Origin: Conidiobolus incongruus B7586
Lineage: Eukaryota
Length of the DNA: 64,000 bases
Assembly: GCA_000697335.1 (NCBI GenBank)
Contig: JNEM01013522.1
Location: 1 to 64,000, forward strand
Direction of reading: 5' to 3'
Shown here one piece after another: positions 53,900 through 64,000 of the stretch (position 1 is the stretch's first letter; every line of letters starts with the position of its first letter). The position numbers were made by a program, and so were the translations under genes. A model generated the notes under the pieces. That model ran no database searches and was not told the origin of the DNA. It saw nothing but the letters and a program-made list of their open reading frames with translations.

Positions 53900-54634
53900 A
53901 CATAATTATTTCATATCATATTTAATATTTGCTTATAAATATAATATCTAGTCATTAAAATTTATAAAAAAGATTGTTTTAACCTAATTTCTAATTTATA
54001 TTTTGGTAATAAGTTATGCTAAAGGATCTAGAATAATTACTATAATTCTTTATAAAGTTTTAGTCTTTAATTTTATCTTAGTAAGTTTTGTTTAACTATA
54101 GTTATTTTAACTTTTTAAGCTTTAGTTAACATATAAAGTGTTTTTTATATATTTAACTATTGATATATATATAATATACTTATATAATAAATATTTATAT
54201 AATTTAATAATTCTTTTATTAAAACAAAATATATTTTTAATATATCCTTTTACTTTATTAATTATTAAAATAATAACACTAAAAATTAATCTTTTTAAAT
54301 ATATAATATTATAAATAATTTCTTTTATAGTTTTAAAATAATTTAAATATTGATAAATAATAAATTTAAATAGAATATAATATTTATAACCTGTATATAA
54401 ATTTTAAATCATTTTAAAAATTTAAATTTTTATTATATTAAAATAAAAGACTTTTCATAATTATTATATAATTTTGAATAAATAAATAAATAAATAATAT
54501 ATATATATATATATATATATATTCTAAAACTATTTATTCTCTTATTTATTGTGTATCTAATATTTTTTGAAACTAATAATAAGTTTGAAATATCAGACAT
54601 TAGAAAATTTCCTATTTTTTTAATATTAAGATAA
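53900..54634 (-). mobile_element. 3'-truncated hypermutated mariner copy
   Basis: 5' TIR/UTR at 54520-54634 followed by TA matches 13050-13168 and the revcomp of 28857-28970. (TA)n at ~54497-54521. cttagtaagttttgtttaac matches 12542. Confidence 0.8.
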
Positions 54635-55447
54635 TATTATTATGAAATTAAACTTCCACCAAGAAGATTGAGACATGAATCAATGTCATTATTATCTATA
54701 AAATTATACCAATTGTAACATTAATAATCATAGTACCTACCATTATAAGATATATCATAATAAATACCTAAGGTATAGGGAGGATATTTATCCAAATATA
54801 AAATTTAAAATATATTCATCTTTAATGTAATACTTAAGCATTCAGATTAAGTGCTCAATCCAATTAACCCTTTGAGCCTTGAAGTTTGGTATTTTTCTTA
54901 GAATTAATGTAGTTTTCCAACTAGTGATAGTCATTGAATTAAGTATAATACATAGTTTTATTTAGTTGTCATTATAATAAATTTAAATAAAACATTTAAT
55001 GTAAAACGGAAGGGTGAGTATTGATAATTATTTATAATTGCTCAAATCGTACTTGGATTATTTGATTTCAATTAAATTTAACATGAATAATATTTTGTAA
55101 TACTATGAAATAATAAATAAATATTTTTTAATATTATTAGAAATTTTATTGTATTAAACTTACTAATATGGAAATTTATAAATACATGTATATTTATTGA
55201 TAAATGGGCCAAGTTCTGGGAAATTGTAAAAATATAAATATTAAACCTAGTATTAATTGGATATAAATAATAAATGATATTATAAAAGAACAGCAGAGTT
55301 CAACAAATAATATATAAGTTGGGTGATCGAATTAATCAACCATGATTCTTTGAAATCGACAGAGAGGACATTGATTTCGCTGATGAGCGATTCGTTACTT
55401 GCCCTAAAAAACAAAAATAAAAAATTAGTAGATAAAAATTGAGTATA

Positions 55448-56851
55448 TTAGGTTAAATTTCGATAGCATTGGATAGTCTCTTGATAGTAGTAACAATTCC
55501 AGTTGGAAAATTTGTTGAAAACTTTATCCATTAAGTCAGGGCTCCAAGGTTGAAACTTAGTTTTGAAGGTAACAAGCTTCAGTTTCGGGAATTTTTCAAA
55601 TTTAATCAAAACATCGTGACTTATATCCAGACATTCTATTTGGAGGTATTCCAATTGTCCATGAGGATAAAAGTAGATATTAATATCTTGAAGACGTGCT
55701 GGCCAATGAATAGCTAAAGATTTCAACTTGGGTAAATTGCATAGGAGAGAATAAAATTGATGGATAAATTCAAACATAAATGTGCAATTCAAGTGTGTTA
55801 AATTTGGGCATGATAAGCATAACTTTTGGAATACGGGCCATGTTGATTCTATCACTAGTCCAAATTTAAGAGATTCTATGGATAACATGGTAGGGAAAGT
55901 GTAGTTGGAAAAATCTAAAGGAGAGATGTACGAAAAATCTAATTGTAAATGTTTTAAATCATTGCATGCCTCAAGGAATTTGATGCTCCGATCATCAAAA
56001 CGATGCAAATGAGTGGTAAATGATTGAAGATGAGGGTTAAGAGATAGAAACTCAGATATAACAGGGATAATGTATTCTGAAATCGTATATGACAATTTAC
56101 GAAGATGGGGTAGGCGCTGAGGAGTAAGGTTGAAACAATCGCTACGAATCGTGCTACTAGTATAATGATATTTTAGTGTCATTGGGTCTTTGGTCAATTT
56201 AGATAAGACCATAGTACAGTTTTTCCAGTGTAAGCTTTTAAGAGAGCTTGGAAGTATCAATTGATCAACCGTATCTCTTTCGGTTGAGAATATGATAATC
56301 TTAGTTGAGTTAATTTGTAAAGATTCCAAATTAGTTAAATATTTTAGAGAACTATTCAACGCTTCTAAAGTAATCCTTGCATTAAGAATAGTTAAATTAT
56401 TTAAATGTGAAAATGTTCTGGCTATATCAAGTAACTGATAATGATTAGCATCTTGCCCAAAATGCAGAGTTGAGAGATATGGTCGAAATGGTACCAATTG
56501 AGCTCGTAGTTTCTTGAGATTTGTTTTCAACGCGACAATTTTGGAATTACTTGAGAGAGAGATAATGTTATTGGTTGAAGATTCTTCAGAACTTTGTATA
56601 CCAGCTAAAATTTGAAGAGTTTCTTCAATTTTAACTTTATCTCGTGGTAATTTTACTCTTGAGTTTTTTTGAGCTAAGCTAACACCCGATACAGAAGGAT
56701 ACCCATGAAAAAACACGGTTCGAAAAGAAATAGGCTTTAATTTATATCTTAAAAACTTGGAGATAGTACTCAAGTGAACTAATTCTTCATGGTTTAAATA
56801 AATTTGTAATTCTTTCAAGGTAAGTACAAGTTGCCAGTCTATATCGGTCAT
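55448..56851 (-). CDS. F-box-like/RNI-like LRR protein, single exon, 467 aa, intact
   Basis: MTDIDWQLVLTLKELQIYLNHEELVHLSTISKFLRYKLKP, KLCLSCPNLTHL and C-term NWNCYYYQETIQCYRNLT. Confidence 0.9.
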   Translation of the reverse strand: MTDIDWQLVLTLKELQIYLNHEELVHLSTISKFLRYKLKPISFRTVFFHGYPSVSGVSLAQKNSRVKLPRDKVKIEETLQILAGIQSSEESSTNNIISLSSNSKIVALKTNLKKLRAQLVPFRPYLSTLHFGQDANHYQLLDIARTFSHLNNLTILNARITLEALNSSLKYLTNLESLQINSTKIIIFSTERDTVDQLILPSSLKSLHWKNCTMVLSKLTKDPMTLKYHYTSSTIRSDCFNLTPQRLPHLRKLSYTISEYIIPVISEFLSLNPHLQSFTTHLHRFDDRSIKFLEACNDLKHLQLDFSYISPLDFSNYTFPTMLSIESLKFGLVIESTWPVFQKLCLSCPNLTHLNCTFMFEFIHQFYSLLCNLPKLKSLAIHWPARLQDINIYFYPHGQLEYLQIECLDISHDVLIKFEKFPKLKLVTFKTKFQPWSPDLMDKVFNKFSNWNCYYYQETIQCYRNLT

Positions 56852-58205
56852 ACTTAATTATTAAATATGTTAGAAATTATTTTATTAGATAATTTAATAA
56901 ATTTGTAGTAAAGAAATATAGTTTATTAATCAAATATAATTAAGTTTTTCAAATTCAAAAGGGTTTTTATCCACAAATGGCTATTAAATCATAATTGAAC
57001 TGGATTTAGTAATAAATATAATGAATTAACAATTATGGGTTGATAACCACGTGATATACAATTTTTGAATTTCAATTTTTTAAACGTTTTTGATAAAAAA
57101 GATATTTAAAAATTTTTGTTTACTATATATTTGATTACAATTACTATTTTGATAGCAAACTTGATTAACGGTTTGATAGAAATATTCACCATACACTCTT
57201 ATTATATATTTAAACCATATTTTAATTACTTTGACATAGAGGAGCTTGGTAGTATATTTAAGATTCAAATCATCAAGATGTATCAATTAACAATACTTGA
57301 TTTAAATTCTTTTATCTATATTATGTAAAATATTTAATTTATAAAGAAAAGTACTAATCAATTTAATCCAGGGTTCTTGCTGAAATCTATATTATTCAAT
57401 TAAACATTGATTTGAAATACTTGATAATGTAATTTATTATAATTGGAGTGCTATCAGAATGAACTAATTAAATTATTAATTATATTTAGACTGATATCAC
57501 TGTTAATTTTATTTGAACTATTGTTGTGTTTTATAATAAGTTTTGTAAATAAAGATCATTGTTAAAAAAGTACTGGAAAAATGATTTAGTAAATTATTTA
57601 TTAATCTTACTATTTAACATATTGGGACTGTATGTCTTAAAACTTACTATTGAGATGTTGTAGCAGAATGTTCAGAAAAAAAAAATAATAATCTCCTTTC
57701 TATCTTTTTCACTTTTCGGTTTAAATAGTTGATTCAATGATGATATGGGATTTTGTTATAATCTAAAAGAAGACAAAGAGAACAAAGAGTATCCTTTAAT
57801 TATAGACTGACAAAACCAGCTTAAAATAGGCATAATATAGGTTGAACTATCAAACTAGCATGGGTGATTAATTCTGAAATACAGCACTATCAAAATTATC
57901 ATTATAATGCAGTTGATTTATATATTCCTTGAAAATTCAAAATACAATATATATTATAAATGTTCTCACATTTCAGATCAAAAGAATTTATTTTCAATAA
58001 AATCAAAATGTAAACCTTTATTTGTCAATTAAATATTAATTTAATATATGTTTTTAGAAATGTAATTAAACTGGTAGACTTTAGTAAGAGAAAATAAATA
58101 AATGTATATAATTGGAAAAAATTTAAAAATAATATAATAAATAATTTATAATATTTTATTTCACTAAACAAGACTATATAGCTTTAATTAAACTATTATT
58201 TCTAT

Positions 58206-59564
58206 TTATACTCTATAACATTGAATTTTAAAATTATAATATATACAATACCAATTCAAAAATTTTCCTAATATGCTTTGATATTTGTAATGATCTTTGA
58301 AACTAAATCGGGGTATTAAAGTAATTAGTTTCAATTTTGGAATATTTTCATACTTGGTTAAATCATAAGATTCTATATTCCTTAAATCCATTTGCAGATA
58401 CTCTAGCTCAGGTAGACCTGAAAAATCGAGATAGAAATCGTGATCCGTCTCATTAGTAAATGTGATGGATTTTAGCTTGATTAATTGGTCGAGGAGCGTA
58501 TTGATAGAACCTTTGCACTGCAGCTTATAATTCAAATGTAATTTGGTTAAATTAGGACATGATAAGCATAGTTTTTCAATTAAAGGAAATTCTTCAAAGT
58601 AGCGATATTTAAAGCTTAGTGAATTTATAGTGGGTAATTCAGGGAATGTATGCATTGTAAAATCTTCAACAAACATACACTCAATTTCCAAATTCAAATG
58701 AGTCAAATTTCTACATTCCTGAAGAAATTCAAGAGTTTGATCTTCAAGAGCTCCAATATGTGTATTCAGGGATTCAATAGTACGGTTCAGTGATAGATAT
58801 TTACAAACGGTGGGTGATGTGTCATTGTTGATATTTCTATAAGTCAAATTCTTAAGCTTGGGAAGATATTGAGGTGGAATATCGAAATTACCGCTCCACG
58901 TAGATCGAATAGAACTACAATCCAATGTCATTGGGTCTTCTGTTGACTCGGATAATAGTAAGCTACAATCCCTTATATGTAAATTTTGTATAGAGGTGGG
59001 TAATTTCATTGGCTCAATGAATCCCTGCTCCTGAGAAAATATAATAAAATAATTGTAGGACAGATCCAAAGAATGTAAGCAAGTTAAAGTGTTCAATATA
59101 CAAATCAAAGGATTCAAAGGGATGCTATTATATAAAATGTTGAGATTATTTAAATTTTTAATTATACTGATAGCTTCAAACATATAATAGTGTTTGAGTG
59201 CTCGATCAACATTTAAAGTGCATAGATGTGGTTGATATGTTGTCAGATCATCTTTGAATTGCTCAAGATATTTTTGAACTAGTGTATTAGACTTACTTGA
59301 CATCGATGCAAACTTGGTATCATTTGAATAATTAAATTTTCGATTATAAAAATCTATTTTATCACAATTATTGAAGTGATCTTGATACCATTCACAATGG
59401 AAATAATCAGGATCTCGATCCAAGTTCAAAGTTGTTAAAGTCAAAGACCTTAACTTGTTCCGTATTAATTTGGACACAATACTCAGTTCAACTAGCTCCG
59501 AGTGATTTAAATAATCGTGCAATTCGTCCAAGACCAAGATGTACTCCCAATTTTGAGGATTCAT
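58206..59564 (-). CDS. F-box-like/RNI-like LRR protein, single exon, 452 aa from MNPQNW (upstream in-frame ATG at 59588 also possible), intact
   Basis: NWEYILVLDELHDYLNHSELVELSIVSKLIRNKL, KLCLSCPNLTKL and C-term NWYCIYYNFKIQCYRV. Confidence 0.9.
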   Translation of the reverse strand: MNPQNWEYILVLDELHDYLNHSELVELSIVSKLIRNKLRSLTLTTLNLDRDPDYFHCEWYQDHFNNCDKIDFYNRKFNYSNDTKFASMSSKSNTLVQKYLEQFKDDLTTYQPHLCTLNVDRALKHYYMFEAISIIKNLNNLNILYNSIPLNPLICILNTLTCLHSLDLSYNYFIIFSQEQGFIEPMKLPTSIQNLHIRDCSLLLSESTEDPMTLDCSSIRSTWSGNFDIPPQYLPKLKNLTYRNINNDTSPTVCKYLSLNRTIESLNTHIGALEDQTLEFLQECRNLTHLNLEIECMFVEDFTMHTFPELPTINSLSFKYRYFEEFPLIEKLCLSCPNLTKLHLNYKLQCKGSINTLLDQLIKLKSITFTNETDHDFYLDFSGLPELEYLQMDLRNIESYDLTKYENIPKLKLITLIPRFSFKDHYKYQSILGKFLNWYCIYYNFKIQCYRV

Positions 59565-61147
59565 TATTAAATTAAATTTAAAAAACATTATTGAAGGATA
59601 ATATTAATTAAATATATATAGAATACAGTTTTTATTATGCTATCATAGTATATGGGATAAATAAAATTGATTTTTATGTAAAAATTTTCGCTTTGCGGTT
59701 CATGGCATAATCCTTTGTATACATTTGAATTTATTGTATGACTTTCAGAATAGGGATATTTTAAAATATTATATTTTATATTAATAGCAAAAAATAAAAT
59801 TTATAATATTATATTGAAAAGAATTAATCTTAAAAATTTTTCTATTATGTTAAAAAGAATTAAGAAAAAATACTGATTTTTCTATCTATTGTTAATATAA
59901 AACATCAGATATTTTTATTTTTTAGAGTAGTTTGATAAATCTCACTTGGATTATTAGATTGCTATTTTCAAGCAAATTCAATTTTGATTAAACACTCATT
60001 ATTATGTAAGATTAGATATACATATCAAAATTGTACATGACAAAGTAATAGCTTTATGAAATAAAAAATCCCATTATATGCAACTATCACTTCGTTATTA
60101 AATTCATTTCAAGGCCAGATGAAATAATAATGTGTGGTATTTATTGAATGTATATAAAATCAAAAAAGATATTTTACAATTAAATAATTTTTGGTAAATT
60201 TCGAACTTTTCAAAGAAGGATAATACTGTCGAGGATTGGGAAGTCCGGTCGCTATTCAACTTAAACCATTCGTAATTATTTCGAATACAATCTACACACA
60301 GGTACCATGCAGGACCCTTTTAAAATGTGAAACTGGATCAGCAACTACAATCGGTAATTCAGAACATTGCTGTAAGGATTGATAACATTTTAAAATCACT
60401 ACTAAGTACATATTTGCTCGGGAATCATCTCGATCAGGGCCAACACACTAATTGATATTTTAATAAAACTCTCCAATGTATCTCGTTAGCCACCTTTGGC
60501 CAGTTTTATCAAATCTATTTGATCCATATTGCAAGACTACCTTTCAGCGGACCTATAATACAGAAACCTTGTTTATCTTTAAATAAAATATTAATTGAAA
60601 GATTTTATAACTATATTTAACATATTATGATATCGTAGTAAATGTTAAACTTCACATTTATATATTTATAACAAGGAAAGTAATTTTTAAAGTCGTCTGA
60701 TATTTTTGTTGATAAGTATATTTAAAATAAAATTTAATTAATAGCAATACTTAATATTATAATTAATCTTATTAAATAATCAAAAATAACTATATTTAAT
60801 GATCCTATATTTTATGTTGAAAAATCAACCTATTCAATAATATGAATAAATATGCAACAACATTCTCAATATTAAATTTTTAACCTCATTGTTTTTGCCA
60901 ATTTGTAAAAATGATTTTTATTATTTATTTTTCTGTTACTATAATTTATGACAAATTCAAGGCTGAGATCACAATAATTACCCATTACCAGAGGCCTTGC
61001 ATCTCCTTTTATTTTGAATATTTTTAATCAAAACTTCAAGTATATTCAAATTTTAAAATTATTAATTTTCTATAAAGTATAATAATTTAACAATATAGCA
61101 ATTTAAGCACATTTAAAAAAATTAAATTACAAGAGTTATTTTTATTA

Positions 61148-62425
61148 TTACTTTATAATTTAACTAGTGGGAATTTTTTGTGATTGAAAATAAACAATCA
61201 TTTTGATATATAATATATAAAGATAAATATATAATATAAATTTAATAGTTTCTTTTATTATTAATAACTTTTGCTATAATTTTAGCAAACTTCTAACACT
61301 TAAAAAACTGTTTTTTTTATTAAAGACTAAAATTTAACATATTACAAACTAATTAAATTTTCTTGTAGAAATTTTCTTATAAGCTGGTTTTTTAATTACT
61401 TAAAGTATTTATAATAGTATAGATTATAATTTAAATAATATACTAAATATGGTAGTTTTTTCTAATTATTTTTAATTAAATAGTTTTTTACAGGTTTAAA
61501 TTTATATATTCTATAATTATCATGTAAAATAATATTTGTTCTTAAATTATATTGAGAATATTAAATAAAAATACTTTAATTTAAAAAATAATATAAAGTT
61601 TATTATTAATTAATTTCCCTTTAAAAACTAAATAAGAGTAGCATATATTATTATAATTTATTATAATAATTTAAATTCACTTATTAATAAAATACTTATT
61701 TAAAGGGATTTATAAAAAAGATAAATTTAACTTAATTTAATATTTTGATTTATGTTTTAGTAAAAGATTATATTTAAAGATTTAAAATTCATCAATTATA
61801 ATTAATTGTTATAAAAGTTTAAGTTCTTAATAATATTTTAGTAAGTTTTGTTTAACAATAGTTACTCTAATTTTTTTTAAACTTTAGTTAAATTATAAGA
61901 TATTTATTTATATTTTTATTTATTAGGTTTAAACTTTAATATATAAAAATTACTTATAAAACTAATATTAAAATATTTAGATAATTTCTTGACTAAAATC
62001 AAAAAGTATTTTTTAATATTTTTTTCATTCTATTAATAATTAAAACAATAATAATTAAAGTTAGTATTTTAAATTTTAATAGGTTTTAGATAATTTGTCT
62101 TTTAACTTTAAAATATTTTATTTAACAATAAGGAGTTGATTTAAAGAACATTTTATTATTAAAAGTTATTTGTAAATTTTAAAAAAATATAGAGGTTTTA
62201 TGGTTAAGCTTTATTAATATTAAAATAAAAAACTTTTGATAATTGTTATTTAATTTAAGCATAATTAAATTAAATAACCAATTTTAAATAGTTAATTATT
62301 TAATCAAAAAAATTATAATATATTAATATATATAATCTAAAAATATATAATTTCTTATTAATTTTATATATATTTATATATTATTAATAAAATATAACCT
62401 ATAATCTTTTAATTTCACTATGATA
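61148..62425 (-). mobile_element. Near full-length hypermutated mariner copy
   Basis: TA plus TIR TTACTTTATAATTTAACTAGTGGGAATTTTTTGTGATTG. Colinear with 11847-13100, transposase ATG at ~62260-62262. Right TIR degraded. Confidence 0.88.
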
Positions 62426-64000
62426 GCAATTTATTAAATAACTAATATAATTTTAATTTGTAGGTTTATTAACTTTAATTAAATTTTATTTATTTCAATT
62501 AATTAAAAAATATCTAGTAGATAATATTATAAAAATCATTTATTATTTTATATTCCATATAAGTATCAAGTATATTTTACTGACATTTATTTATATCAAA
62601 TATTTTAGCACTATAAACACAAGATATATAATTATATGATGTTTATATTTAAATTTTTGAGCTAAAATCAATCAAATATATTAATATTCTGAATGATAAA
62701 ATAAAATATCATTTTCATTAAATAATATATATATATATATATATATTAAATATTAAAATAAATATCAAATTATAGGTAATAATATTATAAAATTTATATT
62801 TTTTATTTTCTGTTGAATCTAAAAATAGAACCTTTAATAACTTGAATGATGAAAATCAAAAATAAAATACAAATAATACTATAGAATTTATAATACTTTC
62901 ATTATTTAGATATAAGTTCCTGTATTAATTTCTAAATTAGTTTGTAAACAAAATTATCATTAAACCATACTATGAAATTTAATAATATGAAGACATAATT
63001 CATATATATATATATATATATATATACGTATTTTATAACTGTAACTGAATGATATATAATGTAGACATCCAAACCTAATTTTCTTGAATTCAATATACTA
63101 TATCATTTTGATATCCATCTCATTTGGTTTCTAATTTGAATTCATGTTCTCAAGTTATTTATCTTTAAATTGATATTAGTTTTATTGATTTCAGTTGCTT
63201 GTCTGACATTGTTAGAAAACATTATCTTTTCATCCCAAGTTTAGACTATAAAATGAACTTATTTACTTCATTTGTTATATCAATATTTTTGATTAGTGTA
63301 ATTATATTTACCCTTACAAACTGAGAATATTTTGGATCTACATAATTTTTTATTTGTTATTAAAATTTGAACAATAAAATTATTTTTTTTCAAAAAGTCA
63401 AATATTATAAAATTAATCTTTATATAAGTTTATAAATAGAGAAAGTATATTTAAATGTTTTTTATAATCTAGCCAAAAACTATATTCGATATCAACGTCA
63501 AGTAGTAATATCAAATGATTCTATTTAAAAATAATTATTAATTATCTAAAAAACTTTGAAAAATTGCTATAATTATATAATATAATATATACCTTAAATA
63601 TCAAGGTGTTTATAAGGCTGTCTTTTCAGGAGAGCAATGTCTTTTTAGTAAGGGTGGGAAAAGTATAGCCTTCTAGAGGGTAACTAGATGCAAGAATATA
63701 TGAATGGGACAGTTTTCAGAATAAGGATTAACTTGGATTAAAATATGAACTCTGTTGAAAGTAATTACCTTATGCCTGTGATTCCTTATTGACTTTGGTA
63801 AGTTACAATTAATAAATGAAGAGAGGAAATACTTTAGAAGATAAAGTAGAATAGAGTGGTTATTATGTGTTAATTAAGAATTATTATTATATCAATAATC
63901 TTAAAACAGGTGGCTCAGTATGTATGTTAAATTAAGGTGGAGCCCTTGTTAATCTAGTGTTTGACTCACTCGTGCCACTAATATCTTGATTCAGTGTGAA

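Noticed and set aside
55352..55390. Hammerhead ribozyme (GAAA...CTGATGAG)
   Set aside because: In the type II order only ~3 nt lie between the putative cleavage site and CUGAUGA, leaving no room for stem I.
1343..57328. Short ORFs 1343, 10129, 10975, 23197, 28104, 31523, 36519, 48550, 57080 and 57116
   Set aside because: 60-75 aa, often TTG-initiated or rich in I/K/N/F/L, lying in AT-rich spacers or off-frame/antisense in pseudogenes. Expected by chance.
1578..59564. Calling the LRR family NLRs or secreted LRR effectors
   Set aside because: No P-loop/NACHT/NB-ARC motif, signal peptide or transmembrane segment is visible in any intact member.
62720..63025. (TA)n tracts as functional elements
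   Set aside because: Ordinary microsatellites in a very AT-rich genome. Several others are explained as part of the mariner 5' UTR.
1..64000. CRISPR arrays, tRNA/rRNA genes, prokaryotic operons or defence systems
   Set aside because: No repeat-spacer arrays or recognisable structural RNA genes. Spliceosomal introns and ARP2 show the DNA is eukaryotic.

Overview
Very AT-rich eukaryotic DNA with short (49-64 nt) GT-AG introns. It is most consistent with an early-diverging fungus, possibly Conidiobolus/Entomophthoromycotina-like (inference only). The window is dominated by a tandem family of ~430-475 aa proteins with a divergent N-terminal F-box-like motif, a variable linker, RNI-like leucine-rich repeats and a conserved W-x-C...C-Y-[RK] C-terminal cap. 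I count 8 intact genes, 2 recently broken genes, about 10 decayed pseudogenes and 2 small fragments. Interspersed are at least 6 relics of one ~1.3 kb D,D34D mariner family and a CpG-rich 334 bp solo LTR. An island of non-family genes at 45.3-51.4 kb holds ARP2, a two-zinc-ribbon SSSCA1/ZNRD2-like gene, a paraoxonase-like beta-propeller lacking its catalytic residues, and a small secreted Kex2-type precursor. Main observations: (1) a birth-and-death F-box/LRR array that could be a diversifying recognition system feeding SCF ligases; (2) mariner copies killed by C>T/G>A hypermutation, with the best copy carrying 11 premature stops, no net frameshift and no CpG, which is RIP-like, while neighbouring LRR pseudogenes decay by indels and keep CpG; (3) a shared CCCATAAT / TATA / AGTCAC upstream motif set. 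Pseudogene and relic boundaries are approximate.
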